DNA of 64,000 nt. It comes from Haliotis rubra (taxonomy: Eukaryota). Below are positions 40,121-52,806 of this stretch, piece by piece (the first letter of the stretch is position 1; the number at the start of each line of letters is the position of its first letter). The position numbers and the translations under genes were made by a program. The DNA lies in assembly GCF_003918875.1 (NCBI RefSeq), contig NW_025767025.1, positions 868,001-932,000 of the forward strand, given 5' to 3'. The notes under the pieces are model-generated. The model saw only the letters and a list, made by a program, of their open reading frames with translations. It searched no databases and was not told the DNA's origin.

Positions 40121-41239
40121 CCACGCCCAAACGTGTTTCAGGGTGATTTCGGAGGGAATTTGTCATACTTGTGAAGATAGGCTGGATAATCGAGGCCTCA
40201 AGGATGAGTAAGCCCCACAAAACATCTCCATTCTGTTCTTACACAGCATCATACGAGACTCAAAGCAAGAAATGGAAAGCTTCAGACTGCAATACTGTGT
40301 TCCGTCAAATATATAGACAAAGAAGGCTCTTTCGACAGACCGGGAATGATTGAGTTTAGTTTATGCCGCTTTTACCAATATTCCAGTATTACCTCTACGA
40401 ATGACACCAGAAATGGGCTCACAAAACTGTACCCAGGTGGGGAGTTGAACCGAGTCTTTTTGGCCTGATGTAACAACAAGGCCACCCAACCGCACCTCGA
40501 CTGACAGGGAACACTTTAATTTTGATTTACCACTGATTGTATCATAGATATTCACTGCGACCTGGCTCAGTATAACGTTAAGAAATACAAACAGTGCGCA
40601 TCCAAGCCGTGAACCAGTGTACAGTCCTATATATATACACGTATATGTGTGTGTGTATTCCTACCCGTGAAGATTCAGATAGGTCTTCAGCAACTCATGA
40701 TTGTCGCATGAGGCGACTAACGGGATCGAGTGGTCAGACTCGCTGTCGACTTGGTTGACACATGTCACTGTATCCCCGTTGCGTAGATCGATGCATGCTC
40801 ATGCTGTTGATCACTGTATTGTCTGGTACAGATTCGATTATTTTACAGACCGCCGCTTGAATATTGCTGAATGCGGTGTAAAACAACACACAATCAAACA
40901 AATATGTGTATTATGAAATTGAGAATAGGTGAATATTCCCGATGAAAATTAAGACTAGAACTAGTTTTATATAAAACAAACCCATCTTATTGTATACATG
41001 TATGTGACAAGAATATTTTAAACGACGACACCTTATTGTAGCGGATCCACTGAAGTATTTAATATAATTAAAAGTCTCACAATATTGTTTCCTTTGGTGA
41101 TTTCAGTGCCTCCAATATCTTCTCCAAAACCCCAGTTTACTAAAACTGACACCAGGGGAAATATACGTATGTCGTAGGTATGTTAATACTATAAAACTGA
41201 CTAATATGACGAAGTGGGTCTGTCGACAGCCAGCAAGAT

Positions 41240-41475
41240 CGCGAACATACCAGAAGCGGCTTTTCTCGTGATAAGCTCCGCCCTCTGTGCTATTTTTAGT
41301 CTCGCGAATGCGCACTGGCTTTGTTTCGTCACATCCGTAAACAGAAACACGTTGTCACCTGGTTCTCGAATTAGCTATTACATTCTCGTGGCGTTTGCTG
41401 GAAGATTCGCGAGGTTGTAGGTGTGTTGTGTAGCTGTATATAAGGCGGAGGGATTGAACTGATTGTCATTCCAGC
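41240..41475 (+). promoter_or_regulatory. Heat-shock promoter of sHSP copy 1
   Basis: Paralogous HSE blocks (TTCTCGAA; GGAAGATTCGCGAG) and TATATAA at 41437-41443. Confidence 0.7.
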
Positions 41476-41613
41476 ATTCAGCTTCAACGCTCAACACGAC
41501 CGACAACAGATCGCCGAAGCATCGAGAGCGGCTAGCGCATACAACATAAGTGGGACATTTACATTGAATTGATTGCCTACATCTTTGTCGAGAGTAAAAC
41601 GCCATCAACAACC

Positions 41614-43105
41614 ATGTTGTTCCACGTGGTACCCGAAGATATTTTCAGAGAGCGTGCCTCATATTCAAGACCCTGCTATTACCAGAGAAACCCGCGTTGT
41701 CAACAGCAGCAGTTGGCCAATATGGGCTTTCTGAACGACATTCTCCGTCCTCTCATGGTGATGTCACACAACAACCCTCAGTCAGAAAGCTGTCACGGTG
41801 AAAACTGTCAGCGTGTCACACGTCGAGGGACACAGAAGGGAGAGCGTCCTTCCCAGAAACGGCAGCCGGAATCCATGACTGCAAGCCTCGATTTCCGCGG
41901 TTTTTCTGCAGATGAAATAAAAGTGAAAGTCACAGATAACTCCATAGTTGTGTGTGGCCGACATGATGGCCCCAGCAACTCCTTCCGGGTCACACGAAGA
42001 CTTCCACTACCACCTGGTGTTGACAAAACGGGGGTTACCTGCCGATATGTTGACGGCGAGGTTATCCTCGAGATCCCCGCGTCTGCAAAACACAGTGTAG
42101 AGGACAAACAGGAGAGGGAAGAGGGCGAGAAGAAAGCTGAACACAAAGAGAAGAGGGTCAGATCTGACCCAGCCAGGACAAGTGACACAGATGATGATGA
42201 GTACGACGACGGTGGAATGGAAGGAGAAAAGGAAGTTCAAGCAGCTCTTCAAGAAGGCATGAAACACCTGTTTTCCACTATGTTTGGTCTTCCTGTTGTT
42301 GAGAGGAAGGAGAAGAAGGTTTTGTCCAATGGGAGTCCTGATAAGGAGGAAGAAACTACTGAACAGACGACCACAGATCCAGACAGAGAGGAACCTCGCC
42401 CGGAAGATGACAACAAAACGACAGACGGGTCCTTTGACAAGCAAATGGATGTCGAGGAAGAGAAAGGACAGGAGGAAGATACCTGCCTAATGTTGAAGTA
42501 TGACGAGAAGCCCTCTCTCAGACATGACCCCAGTGACATCGCTCGCCTGGAGGAGCAGACGACAGCTGTCAGTGTTCTGCCAGAGCAGACGACAGACCGA
42601 AATACGGACGAGGACGAAGAAGTAGTACGACTGATGTCAGATGGAGATGAAGATGCCGAGAGTATACTGGTCAAAGCCGACAAGAATCTTCCCGTCTCCT
42701 CATCATCACAAGACTTTGAAATTCGGTTCGATCTGTCCAACTACAAACCAGAAGACATCCGGGTAGTTGTAAGTAATGGTGACGTCACCGTGGAAGCCGA
42801 ACGTGAGAGCAAGTGTGACGGGTACAGCGGGTACAGCGAAACTGAGACCTCTACACAAATGTGACGTTTCATAGACTAGGGTTAGAGTAGTTTCCCTTTG
42901 ATAAAGAGCAGTTACTCTAGCTGGTGGTCAGGGTTCCCATATTTGTCGGACACTGCAAAGGCGCATTCGTCTCCCCGACAAAGTGGACCAGTCCATGTTG
43001 ACGAGTGTCCTGAATGCAGAGGGCGAGATGACCATTCAGGCGCCATTCCTGTCTCAGACCATCAGTGGAAAGGAAGAGCAAACTGTTCCAATTGTTTGGG
43101 AGTGA
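41614..43105 (+). pseudogene. Double alpha-crystallin-domain small HSP, copy 1, disrupted in ACD2
   Basis: ATG at 41614; colinear with the intact copies. A 100-bp insertion (42849-42948) introduces TGA at 42862-42864. The rest of the CDS continues out of frame to TGA 43103-43105. Confidence 0.85.
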
Positions 43106-45829
43106 TTTAAGATTTGTGAAGTTAGTGTCGGATACACAGGACTCATGTGTTGAAGTGGTCTGACACATTTTGACTGATACATATTCTTTTTCGTGAAAAT
43201 ATGCGTCTTGATAAATATTTAATGTCAGATAATATTTCCCATGAACTGATTTGAGATTGTGTTCATGACGATACACAGGACTCAGTGTGTTGAGGTCAGT
43301 CTGTCTTATTTCTGACAGATATATCTTACTTCGTTGAATTATTCGTCTTGATAAATATTTAATGTCGGATAAGAATTCCCATGAAAACAGTATAAGGAGG
43401 ATGATATCTGGGTAAAAAAAAATATCATACTTGTTAGATGCCAAGGATTGTTCACGTAGTTTTATTTTTGTCTCAACGTATATGTTCACATGTGAACAAC
43501 TGTCCGATCAGTATTGGGCTAATGTGTACTCACTGACACCCCCTTTACATCATCCAGTTACAGTCGTATCCATTTTGTTGTTCTTTTTTAACAGTTCATG
43601 ATCTGTATTTTTTAAATTGTCATTTTTATTAGTTCCATGTATTTCACCATGCATTTGTATGTCTGATACACGTGTCGTGTTTCACAAAGTAATAAAATGT
43701 CATAATGGATACTTCCATGTCCGGTTTTATTTTGAATAGTATGTGACATAAGCATTTCGGCTGACGTAAAGACTTATACACATCAGGATGTGTGTTTTGT
43801 GAAGGACCTTTACATCGCTCCACCATATGGATGGCAGTGACTGAGGTCTGTGTGCAGTGAAACACCATTGTGACGAGCGAACGCCTTAACCACTAGGCTA
43901 CTCCACCGCCCCACAAAATCAAGATGCCAGAGAAAGTGAACTTGGCTTAAAGCAGCACTGAACACTATTTGTGTTATGGCAAGAGCGGCAGCTTCATGTT
44001 TGAGTGAGTGAGTAAGTTTTTGATGCCACTTGTAGCAATATTCCAGCAATATCACTGCAGGGGACACCAGAAATGGGCCTCACACACTGAACCTATGTGG
44101 AGAATCGAACCAGGTCTTCAGCTGACGAGCAAACGCTTTAACCACAAGGCTAGGGGATCCACCTATGATCATGTCCTGGGTATTAAGGGGAACATAAACA
44201 CCACAAGTTTGCATCCCTCACTCCACAGGGGTTCGACTCACTGTTTGGACAATAATTTTAAAAATAAAAACATAGATTTTTGCAACCGTATATTGTTTTT
44301 ATATGTTATGAGTAACTTATATTTCAAATTTGAACGAAATCGGTGAAGAAATGGATTTTTTACAAAATTCTCCCTCTACACTCATTACATAAAATGCACT
44401 TCTTCTTGTAAAATTATTGTCCAAACAGTGATTCGAACCCCTGTGCCACGCCCGAACGTGTTTCAGGGTGATTTCGGAGGGAATTTGTCATACTTGTGTA
44501 GAAAGGCTGGATAATCGAGGCCTCAAGGATGAGTAAACCCCACAAAACATCTCCATTCTGGTCTTACACAGCATTCATCTTATCGTGGCGTGCCTCGGGC
44601 AATGCAGACTGTCCATTGGGAACCCCGACAGCCCGGAAATCCCACTATCCGGGCGTTCGCTGTAGTATAGGAGCGTCTACTGCTACTCATGTTTGTTATT
44701 ATGAAATAGCTTGACATTTGACATATAGGTCATTTGAGTATCACGAGCAAGGGGGCAGGTAAAGCCTGTAGCATTTCTAACATATGGGTACAACCAGAGG
44801 AATAACTGGTTGAATCATAACAGACTCAAAGCAAGAAATGGAAAGCTTCAGACTGCAATACTGTGTTCCGTCAAATATATAGACAACGAAGGCTCTTTCG
44901 ACAGACCGGGAATGATTGAGTTTAGTTTATGTCGCTTTTACCAATATTCCAGTATTACCTCTACGTATGACACCAGAAATGGGCTCACAAACTGTACCCA
45001 GGTGGGGAATTGAACCGTGTCTTTTTGGCCTGACGTAACCACAAGGCCACCCAACTGCACCTCGACTGACAGGGAACACTTTAATTTTGATTTACCACTG
45101 ATTGTATCATAGATATTCACTGCGACCTGGCTCAGTATAACGTTAAGAAATACAAACAGTGCTCATCCAAACCGTGAACCAGTGTACAGTCCTATAGATC
45201 TATATGTGTATTCTTACCCGTGAAGATTCAGGTAGGTCTTCAGTAACACATTGTACCCATGTGGGATTCAGTAACTCATGCTTGTCGCATGAGGCGACTA
45301 ACGGGATCGAGCGGTCAGACTCGCTGTCGACTTGGTTGACACATGTCACTGTATCCCCGTTGCGTAGATCGATGCATGCTCATGCTGTTGATCACTGTAT
45401 TGTCTGGCACAAATTCAATTATTTTACAGATCGCCGCTTGAAAATTGCTGAATGCGGTGTAAAACAACCCACAAACAAACAAATATGTGTATTATGAAAT
45501 TGGAATAGGTGAATATTCCCGATGAAAATTAAGGCTAGAACTAGTTTTATATAAAACAAACCCATCTTATTGTATACATGTATGTGACAAGAATATTTTA
45601 AACGACGTCGGAGCACCCTGTGTGCCACACCTTATTGTAGCGGATCCACTGAAGTATAATTAAAAGTCTCACAATATTGTTTCCTTTGGTGATTTCAGTG
45701 CCTCCAATATCTTCTCCAAAACCCCAGTTTACTAAAACTGACACCAGGGGAAATATACGTATGTCGTAGGTATGTTAATACTATAACACTGACTGATATG
45801 ACAAGTGGGTCTGTCGACAGCCAGCGAGA

Positions 45830-46065
45830 TCGCGAACATACCAGAAGCGGTTTTTCTCGCGATAAGCTCCGCCCTCTGTGCTATTTTTAGTCTCGCGAAT
45901 GCGCACTGGCTTTGTTTCGTCACATCCGTAAACAGAAACACGTTGTCACCTTGTTCTCGAATTAGCTATTACATTCTCGTGGCGTTTTCTGGATGATTCG
46001 CGAGGTTGTAGGTGTGTTGTGTAGCTGTATATAAGGCTGAGGGATTGAGCTGACTGTCATTCCAG
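45830..46065 (+). promoter_or_regulatory. Heat-shock promoter of sHSP copy 2
   Basis: Paralogous HSE blocks and TATATAA at 46028-46034. Confidence 0.7.
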
Positions 46066-46204
46066 CATTCAGCTTCAAGACTCAACACGACCGACAACAG
46101 ATCCCCGAAGCATCGAGAGCGGCTAGCGCATACAACGTAACTGGGACATTTACATTGAATTGATTGCCTACATCTTTGTCGAGAGTAAAACACCGCCTAC
46201 AACC

Positions 46205-47581
46205 ATGTTGTTCCACGTGGTACCCGAAGATATTTTCAGAGAGCATGCCGCATATTCAAGACCCTGCTATTACCAGAGAAACCCGCGTTATCAACAGCAG
46301 CAGTTGGCCAATATGGGCTTTCTGAACGACATTCTCCGTCCTCTCATGGTGATGTCGCACAACAACCCTCAGTCAGAAAGCTGTCACAGTGAAAACTGTC
46401 ACCGTGTCACACGTCGAGGGACACAGAAGGGGGAGCCACCTTCCCAGAAACGGCAGCCGGTCTACATGACTGCAAGCCTCGATTTCCGCGGTTTTTCTGC
46501 AGATGAAATAAAAGTGAAAGTCACAGATAACACCATAGTTGTGTGTGGAGGACATGATGACCCCAACAACTCCTTCCGGGTCACAAGAAGACTTCCACTA
46601 CCACCTGGTGTTGACAAAACGGGAGTTATCTGCCGATATGTTGAAGGATGATGATCCCCGCGTCTGCAAAACACATGGAGGACAAACGAGGCAAGACGGT
46701 GGAGATGGAAAGCTGAACAAGAAAGAGAAGAAACCAGATCTAACCCAGAAAGGACAAGTGACACAGATGATGAGGAGTACGACGACGATGGAATGGAAGG
46801 AGAAAAGGAAGTTCAAGAGTACAACTCTTCAAGAAGTTCATGAAACACCTGTTTTCCACTATGTTTGGCCGTTGCTCTTCCTTGTTGTAGGAAGGAGAAG
46901 ATGTAAGATTTGTCCAAAGGGAGTCCTGATAAGGAGGAAGCATCTACTGAACAGACGACCACAGATCCAGACAGAGAGGAACCTCGCCCGGAAGATGACA
47001 ACAAAACGACAGACGGGTCCTTTGACAAGCAAATGGATGTCGAGGAAGAGAAAGGACAGGAGGAAGATACCTGCCTAATGTTGAAGTATGACGAGAAGCC
47101 GTCTCTCAGACATGACCCCAGTGACATCGCTCGCCTGGAGGAGCAGACGACAGCTGTCAGTGTTCTGCCAGAGCAGACGACAGACCGAAATACGGACGAG
47201 GACGAAGAAGTAGAACGACTGATGTCAGATGGAGATGAAGATGCCGAGAGTATACTGATCAAAGCCGACGAGAATCTTCCCGTCTCCTCATCATCACAAG
47301 ATTTCGAAATTCGGTTCGATCTGTCCAACTACAAACCAGAAGACATCCGGGTAGTTGTAAGTAATGGTGACGTCACCGTGGAAGCCGAGCGTGAGAGCAA
47401 GTGTGACGGGTACAGCGAAACTGAGACACTGCGAAGGCGCATTCGTCTCCCAGACAAAGTGGACCAGTCCATGTTGACGAGTGTCCTGAATGCAGAGGGC
47501 GAGATGACCATTCAGGCGCCATTCCTGTCTCAGACCATCAGTGGAAAGGAAGAGCAAACTGTTCCAATTGTTTGGGAGTGA
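46205..47581 (+). pseudogene. Double-ACD small HSP, copy 2, frameshifted (possibly an assembly error)
   Basis: ORF pieces 46205-46651 and 46910-47581 match the intact copies. There is a dense cluster of small indels only in ~46650-46910. Confidence 0.75.
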
Positions 47582-49592
47582 TTTAAGATTTGTGAAGTTA
47601 GTGTCGGATACACAGGACTCATGTGTTGAAGTGGTCTGACACATTTTGACTGATACATATTCTTTTTCGTGAAAATATGCGTCTTGATAAATATTTAATG
47701 TCAGATAATAATTCCCATGAACTGATTTGAGATTGTGTTCATGACGATACACAGGACTCAGTGTGTTGAGGTCAGTCTGTCGTATTTCTGACAGATATAT
47801 CTTACTTCGTTGAATTATGCGTCTGGACAAATATTTAATGTCGGATAAGAATTCCCATGAAAACAGTATAAGGAGGATGATATCTGGGTAAAAAAAATAT
47901 CATACTTGTTAGATGCCAAGGATTGTTCACATAGTTTTATTTTTGTGTCTTAACGTATATGTTCACATGTGAACAACTGTCCGATCAGTATTGGGCTAAT
48001 GTGTACTCACTGACACCCCTTTACATCATCCAGTTACAGTGTCTCTAAATACTTTAGACATGTATATCCATTTTGTTGTTCTTTTTAACAGTTCATGATC
48101 TGTATTTTTAAATTGTCATTTTATTAGTTCCATGTATTTCACCATGCATTTGTATGTCTGATACACGTGTCGTGTTTCACAAAGTAATAAAATGTCATAA
48201 TGGATACTTCCATGTCCGGTTTTATTTTGAATAGTATGTGACATAAGCATTTCGGCTGACGTAAAGACTTATACACATCAGGATGTGTGTTTTGTGAAGG
48301 ACCTTCACATCGCGCCACCATATGGATGGCAGTGACAGAGGTCTGTGTGCAGTGAAACACCATTAATACAAGCGGTACTTGTGGTAAAATCGTTTAAGAT
48401 TAAAACACCGCTTGATTATCGAATCAAAGGTATACACAAACTCACGCTCGACGCACGCGCGCACGCACACACACACACATACACACACACGGCTTCTATC
48501 GTGTTATGCCAACAGATATCGCCCATGTCGCTGAAGTATAATAACCTTACCAACACACAAAACGTTTGAGACTCCCCTGCATGTTATATGTGTTATACAT
48601 TTATATACCATCTGATCAGTTTTGTCTGTAATACCAGTAACAGCACATGTACACTAATAGACAAAAGATACGTTACCCTCCTACCTTTATGAATTACTTT
48701 AAAAACTAGATATGATATGTTAGAAGGTATTACTTTACAAGAAAGCTTAACAACACAGCTTTATGCAAATCACGAAAAAAATCTCAAATGCAGCCAGGTG
48801 TTCGAGAAGCACGTTCACAGACAAAGTTATTTATTCATTAATGCCGTCTCCATCCGTTCTCGAACACCTGGCTGTCCCTTTCTGCATAACAAATAGTGAA
48901 CTGTGTCAATATTTTAATGATAGATTGTTAAACAACTTTTTCATTTTAGGACAAAATTCTACAAAAACCTCACAGAGTGGGTATGATGTTTTGATTATGA
49001 TCAGCGTTTCATTGAGTATTTTATGTTTATTAGTTTTCGAGTTAGATTGCAATTCATCGGTCCGCTTTTGAGCCAAACGGATTGTAGGCGAAAATAATCT
49101 TTTCAGAAGAGTTAAATTGTCCTATTTTCGACCATGCCGAAATAAACCAATAACAGTATTTAGATGTCTAAAGAACGGTTGAAATAAAATTCTGCTTTGA
49201 GAAAAAGATAAACCATTTACAGTAACCATTTGTCAGCTGTTAAAACAAGAAACAACTGTTGTAGAGTGTGTAACGTTGTAAAAGAATCATTCCTATGATT
49301 TCAGTCTTTAAAACAATTTCTGCTGATTTGCATTTGTGCAAACAAGTACAAAGTGCCTTTGATATCTTGAAAAGTGTTTAGGAACACCTAAAATTATTTT
49401 CTTTGTTAACATTATTGTGCTTGCAAAGTAACATTTTTCTATTTTCTGTTTACACATAGCAATATCAATCGCCAAAACGTAGCAATATTCCAGTAATATT
49501 TGCATCAATTTCACGCAATTGTAGAATGATGATTCTATAGGGTATAAAGAGGGCCTAGAATGCATGATATGGTATGCAGAAGTACGAGAAAT

Positions 49593-49800
49593 ATGCCACG
49601 ATTAACAGCTGAAGAGAGAGAAAGAGCCATTGGGATGGTGCAGATGGGATCGACATACAATGTTGTTGCCAACGCCCTCGGATGCCACTGTATATCACGG
49701 TTATAAGACGTATTCAGCGCTATAGATTGGGGTCACCGTAGACAGACCAAGAAGTGGACGTCCACGCATCACAATGCAGCAGAAAGTTTCATCCTCACTT
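49593..49800 (+). mobile_element. Tc1/mariner transposase N-terminal remnant (second copy from 56134)
   Basis: MPRLTAEERERAIGMVQMGSTYNVVANALGCH...DRPRSGRPR is a Tc1-like HTH with GRPR motif; frameshifted. Confidence 0.7.
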
Positions 49801-52433
49801 GAGTAGATTTTAAGAAATTAATTAAGGAAGGAGGATAACGTTTCTTTGGCGTTTAGAGCGTTTAATGATTGATCTTACCTTCATGTAAAATACTTTAATT
49901 TCATTGATCAATGGGTGTAACAAGTTTCCGTGTCTGGGGAAAATATTACCCGCTTCCACGGTAGCCGCCAAGCTCTCCGCCGAGAAGCTGAAGCGCTAAC
50001 AATCGTATGACGTCATAATATGACGCATGCCGTGCCCGGAGTTCGAAAACCGTTCGATCAGCTGTTTTGTGTTCACTTTGTACAGATTTATTTTACTGAC
50101 TTTCACTGCTTTATTTAAGCTATATGTTATACATTGAGTGGTTTGCACACTCAGCTTAAACAAAATTATCATTTTTTTATAGCAGTTTTATGCTTGTCAG
50201 AATATGTTTCACTGATGTTAAAAATCCAGTCGTACCGGCTCGGGTGACACTGCTACAAAGAGGCGTACATCAGACGTATTACCCTCGAGAGAGCATACAA
50301 TTTATATTATACACTCTCTTAAAAATTATAGAAACGCACAAGTTTACATTGAAAACTATATTTTGTTAAATTATGTGCATGTTGCATTTAATCTGATTTG
50401 ATATTTGCACGTGTACTCTGCTTTAATTCTTTTCCATGACAATATTTCATTAAATCTTACCAAAATTGCTTTACAAAGCTCCATAGGTTCCAAGAGGTTG
50501 TGTTTGTGCACTAATCCAGTAAACGAACGTGTGACTGATATCGTTCCATAAATGATATGTTTAGTGTATTGAATGTTTTATGAATAAACAAAACCAACAT
50601 TCACATTATAGTCTACGCGTTTTTTTTTTTCTTTTTGAAAGGGGCAGTGGGGTAGCACAGTGTGGTTAAAACGTTCGCTCGCCACGCCGATGGCCCGGGT
50701 TCGATTCACCACATGGGTACAATTAATGTGTAAAGCCCAATTTTGGTGCCCTCGCCGTGATATTTCTGGAATCTGCTAAAAAGCGGCATAAAACGGAACT
50801 CGCTCACTTTTCTGAAGGGTGTATTTTGGTTTTGTAGGTTTTAAGTAGATACAAAATGAAGGAAATTTAATTATGGGACTCAAATCTGTGCCGCCCTTGC
50901 TTTTTTCTTCTTAAAGCTAGAACGTTTACACTAATTGTTGACAGAAAACATGCTTAAAATGTTGAACAACATGCAAACCCGATGCTCTATTCTCAATGAC
51001 TACTTGGCGGTGGAGTAGCCTAGTGGTTAAAGCGTTCACTCGTCACGATGAAGACCTGGGTTCGATTCCTACATGGGTACAATGTGTGAAGCCTATTTTA
51101 TGGTGTCCCCGCCGTGATATTGCTGGATTATTGCTAAAAGCAGCGTAAAGCCAGACTCACTCACTCACTCAACGACTACATGTGAAGGTGAACACACCTT
51201 GACCTGGCGTTGACGGACGCTTCACAAACGCAACTTTCTGGCTTTGTGCTAGATTGGCATCATCTCAGTGATCTGACTGACTGAGTTTGGTTTGACGCCG
51301 CTTTTAGCAATATTCCAGCAACATCACAGCGGGGGACACCAGAAATGGGCTTCACACATTGTACCCATGTGGGGATTCGACCCCGGGTCTTCGGCGTTTC
51401 AGTGATCTAAGGTTGATATCAGTAATTAGCATTCGTGGGTTTGAAATTGATGAAAGCTGCACACGGTACTGTCTCGGCGAACTATGAAAGCGCAAAGTCA
51501 CAGTTATAGCAAGTTGATTCAAGTCGTTAAATAGAACACAATACCAGTTCCTACTTTCACAAAACTATCGAAGTATTAGGACGGTATTGGAGCTGATTTA
51601 CGATCGCGTCCTGGGGCCACATTGAATCAGATCGTTTGGGAAAGCTGAAATTTAATTAGTTCAAATTAGCTACAAGGATCTTACATTTAGATTAGGAGTG
51701 AAAGTTCGCTCGTGATAAATACGACCTTTACCTTTTACAATTGTTGTTAAATGACTCATTTCATAATCTGAAAGAGAATGCAATTTTCATATGAAAGTAA
51801 GATATCCTGTATATTTGAGTTAATGAGAATAAAATTCAGAACGACACCGTACCCATCTAAACTAACTGAGAATATTTTTAAGTTACTGAGTATAGAATTC
51901 TGACGCCATAATGGGATTACTGACGAATAAAATTTAAACAGTACAAAAACTGTTGAAATTGTTAATCGATCCATGTACATTTCTATGCAAACACTACAAC
52001 GTGGATATTCACGTTAAACACGTATTTTGGTTACGACTTTAAATAAATACATATTGAATACATGTGGATTTACTGAAAATACACGTCTATGGTACAGACT
52101 GGAGATGGCAGAGGTGTACACTATCAGTGTATGAAATAAGGCCCGTCCGACCGCCCGAGACGGTCTAGATTTAAGAAGGACGGTCTAAATTTTACAGCTT
52201 GCCAGCCCGATGGTCTGGTAATATTTTTACATGTTGCATACATCACTATACCACAGCATGTTATTGTAAGAGGTCGGCATAAGTCTTGTGTAGTCCCTGA
52301 ATACTGTTGCCTTTACTGACTTCAGTTTCCTACAAACGCATTTTACTAAACCTGACACCAGAGAAAATATGCGTATATAGTACATTTATTTTTCGACATG
52401 ACGAAGTGAGCCTGACAACTGCGAGCAAGATCA

Positions 52434-52664
52434 CGAACATTCTAGAAGCGCCCGACTCGCGATAAGCTCCGCCCACTGTGCTATTTTTAAACTCGCGATT
52501 GCGCATTGGCGTTGTTTCGTCACATCCGTAAACAGAAACACGTTGTCACCTGGTTCTCGAATTAACTATTACATTCTTCGTGGCGTTTTCTGGATGATTC
52601 GCGAGGTTGTAGGTGTGTTGTGTAGCTGTATATAAGGCTGAGGGATTTGAACTGACTGTCATTC
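52434..52664 (+). promoter_or_regulatory. Heat-shock promoter of sHSP copy 3
   Basis: Perfect HSE cGAAcaTTCtaGAAg at 52434-52448; gTTCtcGAAt near 52553; a FoxO-type GTAAACA; TATATAA at 52629-52635; Inr-like TCATTC at 52659-52664. Confidence 0.8.
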
Positions 52665-52806
52665 CAGCATTCAGCTTCAACACTCAACACGACCGACAAC
52701 TGATCGTCGAAACAGCGAGAGCGTCTAGTATATACAACGTAACTGGGTCATATACATTGAATTAATTGCCTACATCTTTGTCAAGAAAACGACACCGCCT
52801 ACAACC

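Larger units (their letters stand above)
39548..48363 (+). repeat. ~4.3-kb tandem segmental duplication (sHSP units 1 and 2)
   Basis: 39548-43868 is repeated from 43870; the junction falls inside a SINE. Confidence 0.85.
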
